Below, piece after piece: positions 40,853-50,171 of a DNA stretch of 64,000 nt. The position numbers were made by a program, and so were the translations under genes. A model generated the notes under the pieces. That model did not search any database and was not told where the DNA came from. It worked only from the letters and a program-made list of their open reading frames with translations. The DNA comes from an uncultured Chloroflexia bacterium (GTDB lineage Bacteria > Chloroflexota > Limnocylindria > Limnocylindrales > CSP1-4), in the NCBI GenBank assembly GCA_963813535.1, contig CAWEZH010000002.1, positions 864,001 through 928,000 of the forward strand, in the 5' to 3' direction. Numbering within the stretch: position 1 is the stretch's first letter; each line of letters starts with the position of its first letter.

Positions 40853-41692
40853 TCAGTCCTCGATGTCCAGCGAGATGAAGCGCGCACGGTTGAGATCGAT
40901 GTCGGCCTGGAGCTCTGCGACCTTCTGCTCCGTCCCGCCGATGGAGTCAGCACCGGCGATGAAGCGACGCCGAGGCGGCTCCTCGTTGGCGACGATGACG
41001 AGCGCCTCGGCAAGCTTGGCAGGATCACCCGACTGCCTGCCGTCTTGGGCGGTCCATCCGGCCATGAGCGCGGCACGTCGCTCGGCGTAATCCTCGATCA
41101 AGGGCGACGCGTAGTTGGTCGACTGCGGCGTGAGTAGCTCGGTGCGGAAGTAGCCCGGGTTGACGATGGTCGTGTGGATGCCGAACGGCGCAACCTCCGG
41201 TCGCAGCGACTCCATCCAGCCCTCGATGCCGAACTTGGACGCGGCGTACGCCGTCCCGAACTCGAAGCCAGCGAGGCCGGCGCTCGACGAGATGGTGATC
41301 ACGTGACCCGAACGCTGCTTCCGCATGACGGGTAGGACGGCGCGCGTGACATTCATCGGACCGACGAGGGTCGTCGCGAGCTGGCGCTCCATCTGCTCCT
41401 CGGTGAGCTCCTCGAAGAAGCCGGCGTAGAAGTTGCCCGCGTTGTTGACGAGTACGTCGATGCGATCGAAGCGGTCGACCGCGGCCGCGACCGCCGCCTC
41501 GGCGTCCGGCTGGCTCGTGACGTCGAGCTTGACCGCGAGCAGGTAGTCGGTCTCGCCGACGGCGTTCGACACGGCATCGGGGTCGCGCCCGGTCGCGACC
41601 ACCGCGTTTCCTGCCGCGAGCGCAGACTTGGCGATGTCGACGCCCATGCCGCGCCCGGCGCCGGTGATGAACCAGACCTTCTTGTCAGCCAT
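40853..41692 (-). CDS. SDR-family oxidoreductase
   Basis: WFITGAGRGMG, VNNAG, YAASK, NPGYFRT; AAGGAG SD. Confidence 0.93.
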   Translation of the reverse strand: MADKKVWFITGAGRGMGVDIAKSALAAGNAVVATGRDPDAVSNAVGETDYLLAVKLDVTSQPDAEAAVAAAVDRFDRIDVLVNNAGNFYAGFFEELTEEQMERQLATTLVGPMNVTRAVLPVMRKQRSGHVITISSSAGLAGFEFGTAYAASKFGIEGWMESLRPEVAPFGIHTTIVNPGYFRTELLTPQSTNYASPLIEDYAERRAALMAGWTAQDGRQSGDPAKLAEALVIVANEEPPRRRFIAGADSIGGTEQKVAELQADIDLNRARFISLDIED

Positions 41693-41794
41693 CTGTCTCT
41701 CCTTGATCGAGGTTGGCCGCTTCTTCGTTGGTGCGCCAGTTGGCAAGCTCGAATGCGAGGCGGCCACAGCCCCACCCGACCATGAAGGACCCGC

Positions 41795-41911
41795 ATGACA
41801 ACCACGCAACCCACGATCACCCTCAACAACGGCGTCGAACTATCGGCTCTCGGGTTCGGCGTCTTCCAGACGATCGACTTCCTGCCGTGGGGCCGCTCCA
41901 TCCCGGAGTGA
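41795..41911 (+). pseudogene. Aldo/keto reductase remnant (38 aa, probable internal deletion)
   Basis: MTTTQPTITLNNGVELSALGFGVFQTIDFLPWGRSIPE*; the first part matches the canonical AKR N-terminus; SD GAAGGA. Confidence 0.7.
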
Positions 41912-41932
41912 CCCACGGTGTTCGTGGCACCG

Positions 41933-43078
41933 TCAGGCGCGGGCCAGCTCAACGTACGCCGACGCCACCAGGGCGTCGATCTCGGCCGGCACCGGCACGA
42001 CGCAGGCGCTCTTCGGGACCGCGGCACGTGCGACGGCCTCCAAGCAGCGCGCCTGGAGCGTGAAGCCGAGGTCCATCGACTCGATCGAGTTGCCGAGCGG
42101 CCGCGGCCCGGCCAGGTTCACCATGTGGCCGCGCGTGAGGACGTGGACGGCCTTGCCGTCGCGGAGTCGCAGGGTCGTGATGCCGTCGGTGACGTCGTCG
42201 GTCGACTCGACCGAGGGATCGGCGATCAGCGACGGGACGTCGAGCTCCCACGGCAGATGCCCGGCGCTGATCAGGACGACGCCATCGCGCACCCGGGCGA
42301 GATCGGCAGCCTCGATCACGTGGGGCGCGCCGGTGACGGTCACGACCACGTCAGCGGTGGCGACCGCGTCGTCCCGGTCGGGCACGTCGAAGCCGTCGAG
42401 GAGCGCTCGCATCCGGAGCACCGGCTGCGGCTCGACGACCGATACGACGCTGTTGAAGCTCCGGAAGTACGCGGCCACCCCACGACCCACGGAGCCGTAG
42501 CCGAAGACGGCGACTCGGCGGCCGTTGGTGATTCGGTTGGTGATCCGGATGAACGATTCCACCGTCCCGGCGCCGACGGCGTGCGTGTTCTCGGCGAACT
42601 GCTTGATCGGGCTGTCGTTGATGACCAGGAGCGGCATGTCGAGCCGGTCGCGCAACGGCAGCAGTCGATCGCGACCGGACGTGGTCTCCTCCGTCCCGCC
42701 GCGGAGTCCCTCCCACGGGTCGTCCAGGTATCGCGTGAAGAGGTCGCCGCCGTTATCGAGGAGCAGGTCCGGCTTCGTCGCGAGGACGCCGCGCAGGAAG
42801 CGGTCGTGCTCGACCGGGTCGGCGGTCGGGCCGCCGACGACCTCGAGGCCGCGCTCGCGCAGGTAGTCGACGGTCTCCTGCTGCGTGGAGTTGAGGTTGC
42901 CGGTCGAGACGACCGCCGCGCCGCCGCGTTGGAGTGTCAACAGGAGCGCCGCGGTCTTCGGCTCGAGGTGGATCCCGGTCCCGATGCGCAGCCCCTCGAA
43001 CGGGCGGGTCCGCTCGAATTCGTCGCCCGTCTGCTGTAGCAACCGCGCGCTGCCGGCCACCCATTCGAACCGCGACAC
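41933..43078 (-). CDS. ahcY: Adenosylhomocysteinase-like protein (divergent)
   Basis: HLEPKTA, NSTQ, LDNGGD, TEETTSG, INDS..K, GYGSVGRG, VNLA; GAGGAGG SD before GTG. Confidence 0.8.
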   Translation of the reverse strand: MSRFEWVAGSARLLQQTGDEFERTRPFEGLRIGTGIHLEPKTAALLLTLQRGGAAVVSTGNLNSTQQETVDYLRERGLEVVGGPTADPVEHDRFLRGVLATKPDLLLDNGGDLFTRYLDDPWEGLRGGTEETTSGRDRLLPLRDRLDMPLLVINDSPIKQFAENTHAVGAGTVESFIRITNRITNGRRVAVFGYGSVGRGVAAYFRSFNSVVSVVEPQPVLRMRALLDGFDVPDRDDAVATADVVVTVTGAPHVIEAADLARVRDGVVLISAGHLPWELDVPSLIADPSVESTDDVTDGITTLRLRDGKAVHVLTRGHMVNLAGPRPLGNSIESMDLGFTLQARCLEAVARAAVPKSACVVPVPAEIDALVASAYVELARA

Positions 43079-43218
43079 GGACTCCTCCTCCTGCCGCAGC
43101 GCGGCGTCGATCGATCGTCCTGCCAGCGTAGCGGTCACGGGCGGCGTCGCGCCGGGCCCCGTCGGGCCGTCACACTTGGCAGGACGCGGCGCGGGCCGCG
43201 CTGAGTGGGAGGCCTGCC

Positions 43219-44604
43219 GTGTCGCGATCGCCCGTCGCCGTGGCACGCTCCCCGGTCGACCTGATCCGCTCGCTGATCGACAGGATCTTCCCGCGCGGCG
43301 CGCTGATCCTGTCCGTCCTGAGCTTCAGCTACTTCATCGCCGGGATCATCCGCAACCGGATCTTCGCGAACACGTACGGCGCAGGCCCCGAGCTCGATGC
43401 GTACAACGCCGCGTTCCGCATCCCGGAGATCGCCCTCGACGTCCTGGTGGCGGCGGGTCTGACCGCCCCGTTCGTGCCGATCTTCACCAGCCTCCGCCAC
43501 GACGACGAGCGCTCGGCGAACGATTTCGGCCGGACGGTGCTCACGGTCGCAGTCCTCGTGATGGCGATCGCATCGGTCGGCATCTTCCTCGCCGCCCCGT
43601 GGCTGTCGACCCAGATCGGTGCCGGCTTCGACGCTCCGACCCGCGAGCTGTACGTGACCCTGGTGCGCGTCAACTGCCTCGCCCAGATCCTGTTCGCGGC
43701 GTCCATCTGCCTCGGCGAGATCCTCGTCGCGAATCGGCGATTCCTGTTCTATGCCCTCGCCCCGATCATGTACACGGGCGGGATCATCGCCGGGACGGTG
43801 CTCGGCGCGGAACGGTTCGGCATCGTTGCGACCGCGTGGGGCGCCGTCCTCGGCGCGGCCCTCCACCTGGGCATCCGATCGATCGGGATCCTGCGGACGA
43901 GCTTCCGACCGCGAGTGTCATTTCACGTCCGGACCGGGGCGTTCAAGGAGTTCATCCGGCTGATGATCCCGCGGATGATCAGCCACCCGATCGAACCGGC
44001 GATCTTCACGTTCTTCACGGCGTTGGCGTCGACCATCGTTGTGGGCGGTGTGTCGTCGATCAACTTCGCGCTCGACTACCAGGTCGTCCCGGTCAGCCTG
44101 ATCGGCATCTCGTTCTCGCTCGCGGTGTTCCCGACGCTGTCCACGGCCTACGCCGACCGGGACGGCTCGGCGTTCCGCCAGGTCCTGACGCGCAACGTGG
44201 TGACGATCGGCGCGCTGACGACGATCGCCGCGATCGTGCTGTTCATCGGCTCGGGCATCCTCGTCGAGGTCCTGCTCGGCGGTGGCGAATTCGGCCCGGA
44301 GGACGTCGCCGTCACGTCGGCGATCGTCGCCGCATTCGCGATCTCGGTGCCCTTCGACGCGCTCGCCTATCCCCTCTCCCGCGGCCTGTACGCCACGCAC
44401 GACACGATCCGCCAGGTCGCGGCGTCGTTCGCGGGGTTCGGCGTCGTGCTGGTCGCCTCGACAGCGCTCGCGCCGAACCTGGGTCTGCTGGCGATCCCGC
44501 TCGGATACGCCTCGGGGATGGTGGTCAAGGACGCACTCCTCGTGGCGTTCCTGCTCCCGCGGGTACGGGCGATCGGTCGGGCACCGAGCGCCGCGATCGG
44601 CTAG
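43219..44604 (+). CDS. murJ: Lipid II flippase MurJ/MviN
   Basis: YGAGPELDAYNAAFRIPE, FVPIF, AVFPTLS, RGLYATHDT; many TM helices. Confidence 0.88.
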   Translation: MSRSPVAVARSPVDLIRSLIDRIFPRGALILSVLSFSYFIAGIIRNRIFANTYGAGPELDAYNAAFRIPEIALDVLVAAGLTAPFVPIFTSLRHDDERSANDFGRTVLTVAVLVMAIASVGIFLAAPWLSTQIGAGFDAPTRELYVTLVRVNCLAQILFAASICLGEILVANRRFLFYALAPIMYTGGIIAGTVLGAERFGIVATAWGAVLGAALHLGIRSIGILRTSFRPRVSFHVRTGAFKEFIRLMIPRMISHPIEPAIFTFFTALASTIVVGGVSSINFALDYQVVPVSLIGISFSLAVFPTLSTAYADRDGSAFRQVLTRNVVTIGALTTIAAIVLFIGSGILVEVLLGGGEFGPEDVAVTSAIVAAFAISVPFDALAYPLSRGLYATHDTIRQVAASFAGFGVVLVASTALAPNLGLLAIPLGYASGMVVKDALLVAFLLPRVRAIGRAPSAAIG

Positions 44605-44608
44605 GTGC

Positions 44609-45568
44609 CTAGCCGGTGCCGGCGCGCGCCTTCGTCGGGACGACCGTGATGAACAGACCGTCACGATCCGGGTACTGGCCCTCGGGTCGCTTCCAGCGCA
44701 GGAAGTTGTCCTGGAGCTCGGCGAACTTCGTGAACGTGCCCGGCGGGTTCGAGGCGCCCCAGATCGACGAGATGCGGGGGAACCACGGGTCGAGGATGTA
44801 GGCACCCTCGATCTTGGTGTCCCTGAAGGTCGCCGGGTCGGCGTCGGCGCGGTAGCCGGTCATGACCCAGGTGTGGGCGCCTCGCCACGCGAGCAGGATG
44901 GCCGGCGAGTGGGTCTTCTTGATCGCGACCGCCGCGTCGCGCAGGGCGTACGTCATCGTTTCGAACGCCCGGACCTCGTAGCCCGGCGCGCCGTACGCGT
45001 CGAGGGCGAGCGCCATGGCGCCCGGGCCCCATTCGCCGTTGTGGCTGTCGGAATAGGCTTCCCACGAATGGACCCGGCCGGCGATCTCGCGCTGGGTCGC
45101 ATTCGAGGTGTCGGCGAGACCCATCACGGCGAGCGCCATCTGGACGCCGGCCGGGGCGCACCAGTCGTTGCGGAGCTCGGAGGCGAACACCTTGTCCGGA
45201 TCGCCCCGCACGATGTCCACATCGACGGGCTTCGGCTTCGGCTTTGGGGTCGGGGTGGGCGTCGGGTCGGGTGTGGGGCTCGCGCTCTCGCCCGGTGCAG
45301 GCGTCGCTGGCACCGGCGTGGGCGTGGGTGGCTCGCTCTCGAGCGGCGGCTCCGTGACCCGTACGGTCTCGACCGTTTCCCGATGCGGCACCGGCCCGGC
45401 CATGAAACGCTCGATCCTGCCGACCACCGCCAGCCACTTCTCCCCCGCCCCGAACGCATCGGTGGCGATGGCGAGGGATGTGAGGGTCGCGCCCACGATG
45501 GCGATGCCCACCGCGCCCACCAGGAAGCGCCGGAAGCGGCTGGGGGCGCGGCGGGACGATCGATTCAC
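44609..45568 (-). CDS. Membrane-anchored or secreted papain-like (C39-like) peptidase with Pro/Thr linker
   Basis: N-terminal RR plus hydrophobic helix, PTPTP linker, WCAPA...AHTWVMTGY...ILDPW (Cys-His-Asp). Confidence 0.65.
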   Translation of the reverse strand: MNRSSRRAPSRFRRFLVGAVGIAIVGATLTSLAIATDAFGAGEKWLAVVGRIERFMAGPVPHRETVETVRVTEPPLESEPPTPTPVPATPAPGESASPTPDPTPTPTPKPKPKPVDVDIVRGDPDKVFASELRNDWCAPAGVQMALAVMGLADTSNATQREIAGRVHSWEAYSDSHNGEWGPGAMALALDAYGAPGYEVRAFETMTYALRDAAVAIKKTHSPAILLAWRGAHTWVMTGYRADADPATFRDTKIEGAYILDPWFPRISSIWGASNPPGTFTKFAELQDNFLRWKRPEGQYPDRDGLFITVVPTKARAGTG

Positions 45569-45602
45569 GCGGGATGGGCTCCTGGGGTGCGGGCTGTCAG
45601 GT

Positions 45603-46304
45603 TCAAGACGCTTGGGACCGCCGAGTTGCTACAGCCCGCGGCGCGGCAAGCGCGGCCAGCCGTGCCAGGCGTTCTCTCCATGCGGTCCGATGACTGGCGA
45701 CGTCCGCGGCGTCGGCCAGCTTGACGTGCGTGACCGTCACGACGGCGCGATCGTCGCCCTTCGGGTCGAAGACGACGTTCACGCGCGTGCCCTCGGACGG
45801 GACGTCGAACCGGGCTGCGCGACCCATCGTCCGCGTCCCGGTCCGCATCCGCAGCCCGAGATCCAGCCACGACGCCCGGCGCTTCGGCTCGACGAACGCG
45901 CGCCACGCGTCCATCGATGGCATGTCGATGGTCTTCGAGACGCTGACTTCGAACCCTTCCGGGCGCTGGTTCGGCGCGCGCATGCCGCGCGCGCGCTCGT
46001 AACCGACGGTGACCGACTGCGACCACCAGCCGTCGATGCCGTGTTCGCCGTTCACGTACCTGGCGATCTCCGTGTGGGTGTGCGAGGTGGCGTCCCAGGC
46101 GTCGAGGATCCGGAACCAGTCGTCCCATCCTCGGCCGGTGCCCTTGACGATCGCCTCTTCGGACACGGGTGGTTCGGCAAGCCGGGGTGGCAAAGGGGGC
46201 GGTGCGGGATCACGCATGAGGTTGCGCCGGGCGGCGGCATAGCGCTCGCCGGTCTTCTCCATCCGGGAGCGGACGGCCCGCTTGCGGGCCTTGTCGGTGG
46301 TCAT
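45603..46304 (-). CDS. Basic N-terminal helical domain plus DUF4287-like and SRPBCC-like domains
   Basis: MTTDKARKRAVRSRMEKTGERYAAARR; TGRGWDDWFRILD, GWWSQSVTVGYE, VSVSKT; AGGAG SD. Confidence 0.75.
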   Translation of the reverse strand: MTTDKARKRAVRSRMEKTGERYAAARRNLMRDPAPPPLPPRLAEPPVSEEAIVKGTGRGWDDWFRILDAWDATSHTHTEIARYVNGEHGIDGWWSQSVTVGYERARGMRAPNQRPEGFEVSVSKTIDMPSMDAWRAFVEPKRRASWLDLGLRMRTGTRTMGRAARFDVPSEGTRVNVVFDPKGDDRAVVTVTHVKLADAADVASHRTAWRERLARLAALAAPRAVATRRSQAS

Positions 46305-46463
46305 CTCGTGTGTCTCCTGACCGGCCGTCGGCCCGGACCCACGCTCCGGAGCCACCGACCGTGGCCAGGCACGAACCGACGACCTCGAGGCGGAGCCCCT
46401 TTGCCTCCACGAGGTCGACAGCGTGAGTGCCGACGACGGAGGTGCGGCGCGAGGTGGCGCCGC
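46305..46463 (-). ncRNA. Candidate structured cis-regulatory 5' leader
   Basis: Downstream of TGGACG-N18-TATCCT; helices of 7, 9, 9, 7+5 and 5 bp (a 5' hairpin, then a nested multibranch structure) ending at the SD. Confidence 0.5.
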
Positions 46464-46576
46464 CGAGAGGATACGCCGAGGTTCGAAATGGCGTCCAGCA
46501 CGGGTCGACCACGGCCCGAGCGGCTGCCTGTGGCACCATCGACCCCACCGCCACGCCGTCACCAGGAGCACCACCC

Positions 46577-47767
46577 GTGGACCGTTTCGAGCCCAACCTC
46601 CGCATCCCCGGCCCGACGTCCCTGCCGCCCAGCGTGCGCACCGCCGGCGCGCGCCAGATGATCAACCACCGCGGTCCGGAGTTCGCGGCGATGCTCGGCC
46701 GGATCCTCGACGGCATCAAGCCCTACTTCGGGACGACCTCGGACGTGGCGATGCTCACCACCGCCGGCTCGGGCGGGCTCGAGGCCGCGATCGTCAACAC
46801 GCTCTCGCCGGGCGATCGGGTGCTCGGCGTGAGCATCGGCTCGTTCGGCGACCGGTTCGCCAAGATCGCCGGGATCTATGGCGCCGACGTGACGAAGCTC
46901 GACGCGGAATGGGGCTATGCGGCGGCCGCCGATGAGATCCGTGAGCGACTGCGCGGGATGCCCGACACCAGGGCCGTCCTGCTCACCCACAACGAGACGT
47001 CGACCGGCGTCATGAACCCGATCGGCGAGCTGGCGGCGGCCATCCGCGCCGAGACGCCCGACGCGCTGATCCTGGTCGACAGCGTGTCCGGTCTCGGTGC
47101 CGTGCCGTTCGAGATGGACGCGTGGGGCGTCGACGTGGTCGTGACCGGATCGCAGAAGGCCTGGATGGCGGCGCCCGGACTATCGATGATCGCGGCCTCA
47201 CCTCGGGCGTGGGCCGCCATGGAACACGCGAGGATGCCGCGGTTCTATCTGGACCTGCGGTCCCACCGCGAGGCGGCGACGGGCGGAGAGACGCCCTTCA
47301 CTCCGGCGATCGCGGTCGTGTACCAGGTCGACGAGGGCCTGCGCCTCATGCAGCAGGAAGGCGCGGAGGCGATCTTCGCCCGCCACGAGACGTGTGCCGC
47401 AGCAGCCCGGGCCGGGCTGGCCGCCCTCGGCTTCGAGTTGTTCGCCGATGCGCGCCACTACTCGCGGACCGTCACGGCCGCGTCCGTCCCCGACGGCCTC
47501 GACTGGAAGGCCTTCAACGGCGCACTCAAGAAGCGCGGCCTCGTGCTGGCCGGCGGCCAGGGCAAGCTCACGGGCCGTATCTTCCGCCTTGGGCATCTGG
47601 GGTCGGTCACGCTCGAGGAGATCCTCGGGGCTATCGGCACGCTCGAGTCCGTGTCGCTCGACCATGGCCTGCCGATCGACCCGGGCACGGCCGTGGCCGC
47701 CGCCCAGCGGGCTGCCCTCGCCAGCCAGGGCGTCGCACGCCTGTCGGTCGCCGGGACCACCGCGTGA
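46577..47767 (+). CDS. Class V aminotransferase (alanine-glyoxylate/serine-pyruvate type, probable phosphoserine aminotransferase)
   Basis: RIPGPT, HNETSTG, VDSVS, TGSQKAW, TPFTP, FRLGHLG. Confidence 0.9.
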   Translation: MDRFEPNLRIPGPTSLPPSVRTAGARQMINHRGPEFAAMLGRILDGIKPYFGTTSDVAMLTTAGSGGLEAAIVNTLSPGDRVLGVSIGSFGDRFAKIAGIYGADVTKLDAEWGYAAAADEIRERLRGMPDTRAVLLTHNETSTGVMNPIGELAAAIRAETPDALILVDSVSGLGAVPFEMDAWGVDVVVTGSQKAWMAAPGLSMIAASPRAWAAMEHARMPRFYLDLRSHREAATGGETPFTPAIAVVYQVDEGLRLMQQEGAEAIFARHETCAAAARAGLAALGFELFADARHYSRTVTAASVPDGLDWKAFNGALKKRGLVLAGGQGKLTGRIFRLGHLGSVTLEEILGAIGTLESVSLDHGLPIDPGTAVAAAQRAALASQGVARLSVAGTTA

Positions 47768-49353
47768 AGGTCCTCGTCGCCGAGGAGGTGGCGCGCGAGG
47801 GCATCGATGTCCTGGCGGGGCAGCACGAGGTCGACGAGCGTTTCGGCTGCACGCGCGAGGAGCTCGCGGCGATCCTGCCCGAGTACGACGCATTGATCGT
47901 CCGGAGTCAGGTCCAGGTCGACGCCGGACTCATCTCGGCGGGGGCCAAGCTGATCGTCATCGGGCGAGCCGGTGTCGGCGTCGACAACGTCGACCTCGAC
48001 GCCGCGACGCGCGCCGGCATCACGGTCGTCAACGCGCCGACCGGCAACACGATCGCCGCCGCCGAGCACACGCTCGCTCTGCTCTACGGTGTGGCCCGCC
48101 GGACTGCCGCCGCCGACGCCAGCCTCCGCCGCGGGGAGTGGAAGCGGAGCGAGTTCACCGGGCTCGAGCTCCGCGGCCGCACGATCGGGATCATCGGTCT
48201 CGGCAAGATCGGCCAGGCCATCGCGCTGCGTGCCCGCGCGATGGAGATGGTCGTGCTCGGCAGCGACCCGTACGTCACGGCGGAGCAGGCCGAGAACCAC
48301 GGCGTCGAGCTCATCGACATTCGGACGCTGCTCGAACGCTCGGACGTCATCACGGTCCACGTGCCGCTGACGCGGGCGACCCGTGGCCTGATCGGCAAGG
48401 CCGAGATCGCACGGCTCAGACCGGGATCGATCGTCCTGAACGTCGCACGCGGCGGGATCGTCGATGAGGCGGCAGTCGCGGCGGCACTCGAGTCGGGCCA
48501 CCTCGCCGGCGCCGGGTTCGACGTGTTCGAGACCGAGCCACCGACCGATTCACCCCTCCTGGCGGCGCCGAACACACTGCTGACCCCCCACCTCGGCGCC
48601 TCGACCGCCGAGGCCCAGGTGCTCGTCGCCGAGGAGGTCGCGTCCCAGGTCCTCGACGTGCTCGAGGGGCGTAGCGCGCGCTATGCCGTCAATGCTCCGC
48701 TGCTCACCCCGGAGACCGCGCGAGCCATCGCCCCGTACCTGCCGCTCGCCGAGATCCTCGGTCGGTTCTTCGCCCAGTTCTCGCGTGGCGGTGTCCGGAC
48801 CCTGACGCTGGAGATCGCCGGCGAGCTCGCGGAGCACGACGGCTCACCGCTCACTGCCGCTGTGCTCCGCGGCCTACTGGAGACCGTGACGACCGAGCGC
48901 GTGAACCTCGTCAACGCCGGAGCCCTGGCGAAGGCCCGGGGCATCACGCTGGTCGAGCGCAAGACACGTGACGCAGGCGCCTACGCCGCCCAGCTGACGC
49001 TCTCGAGCGACGGTTTACCAGGCGGCCGCGGCATCACGGTGGGTGGCACGGTCGCGGCCGGCGAGGCGCGCATCACCCGGCTCGGTGCCTACCGGCTCGA
49101 CATGGAGCCGTCCGACGTGATGCTCATCACCCGTCACACAGACAAGCCGGGCATGGTCGGCCGGGTCGGGGCGATGCTCGGCGAGGCCGACGTCAACATC
49201 AGCGCGATGCACCTCGCCCGTACCCGGCCGCGCGAGGACGCCCTGATGATCCTGGCGCTCGACGACGACGTGCCGCCCGGCGTCGAGGCGGCGATCCGCG
49301 ACCTGGACGCGGTGCTCGACCTTTGGACGATCCGGCTCGGCCACGAGCAGTGA
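47764..49353 (+). CDS. serA: D-3-phosphoglycerate dehydrogenase
   Basis: GRAGVGVDNVD, NAPTGN, GLGKIG, NVARGG, TPHLGAST, ASB and ACT (DKPGMVG) domains. Confidence 0.95.
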   Translation: MKVLVAEEVAREGIDVLAGQHEVDERFGCTREELAAILPEYDALIVRSQVQVDAGLISAGAKLIVIGRAGVGVDNVDLDAATRAGITVVNAPTGNTIAAAEHTLALLYGVARRTAAADASLRRGEWKRSEFTGLELRGRTIGIIGLGKIGQAIALRARAMEMVVLGSDPYVTAEQAENHGVELIDIRTLLERSDVITVHVPLTRATRGLIGKAEIARLRPGSIVLNVARGGIVDEAAVAAALESGHLAGAGFDVFETEPPTDSPLLAAPNTLLTPHLGASTAEAQVLVAEEVASQVLDVLEGRSARYAVNAPLLTPETARAIAPYLPLAEILGRFFAQFSRGGVRTLTLEIAGELAEHDGSPLTAAVLRGLLETVTTERVNLVNAGALAKARGITLVERKTRDAGAYAAQLTLSSDGLPGGRGITVGGTVAAGEARITRLGAYRLDMEPSDVMLITRHTDKPGMVGRVGAMLGEADVNISAMHLARTRPREDALMILALDDDVPPGVEAAIRDLDAVLDLWTIRLGHEQ

Positions 49354-50171
49354 GCGGTCCGCCTGGCGAACCAACCCCACCGCTCATCCCGGACAGGCTC
49401 GACGCGACGCTCGTGCTGGTTCGCCACGGCGAGTCCGAGTTCATCGTCGAGGGACGGTTCCAGGGGCAGGCCGAGACGCCGCTCTCGCCGATCGGGCTGC
49501 GCCAGGCCGCGTTGCTCGCCGAGCGCCTTGCCCATCCCCACGATCCGCCGGCGCTGCCGTTGCCGACCGGGCCACTCCGCGAGATCGTCCATTCGCCGTT
49601 GCGGCGGACGGCACAGACCGCCGAGGCGATCCTCGCGCAGCTCGATGGCGCGCCGCCCTCACGACCCGAGTCGGGTCTCCTCGAGATCGGGCAGGGCGAA
49701 TGGGAGGGCCTGCACCGCGACGAGATCTCCGCACGGTACGGCGACATCCTGGCGGCCTGGCGGCGGACGCCGACCACGACCTGGGCGCCCGGCGGCGAAT
49801 CGATCGCCGAGGTCCAAGCGCGGCTCCGTCCGGCACTCGGTGAGATGCTCGCGACACTGGCGGAAGGCGGCGTCCCGGGCACGCTGGACCGATCGCAGGT
49901 CGCCGGCTACATGGACGAGCTGCCGAGCCACCCCTGGTCGATCGCCGTCGGCCACGACGGGGTGTTCAAGGTCGCGCTGCTCACGCTGTTCGACCTGCCC
50001 CTCGAGCGGTTCTGGATGTGGACGATGGATCTCGCCGCGATCACCGTCGTCGAATTCCGGGCCGGGCGGCCCGTCCTCCGCGCCCACAACCTCACGGGCC
50101 ACCTCGCCGCACTGCTCGACGAGGCGGCCCAGGAGGAGCAGGAACGCCGCAGCCGTAGCGGGGCGCTATAG
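49350..50171 (+). CDS. Histidine phosphatase family (probable phosphoserine phosphatase)
   Basis: LVRHGES, SPLRR, EIGQGEWEG, PGGES, VGHDG; GTGA coupling to serA. Confidence 0.88.
   Translation: MSGPPGEPTPPLIPDRLDATLVLVRHGESEFIVEGRFQGQAETPLSPIGLRQAALLAERLAHPHDPPALPLPTGPLREIVHSPLRRTAQTAEAILAQLDGAPPSRPESGLLEIGQGEWEGLHRDEISARYGDILAAWRRTPTTTWAPGGESIAEVQARLRPALGEMLATLAEGGVPGTLDRSQVAGYMDELPSHPWSIAVGHDGVFKVALLTLFDLPLERFWMWTMDLAAITVVEFRAGRPVLRAHNLTGHLAALLDEAAQEEQERRSRSGAL

Noticed and set aside
43079-43218. SAH riboswitch upstream of ahcY
   Set aside because: The conserved GAGGAGCG...CCAGGC core was not found by eye
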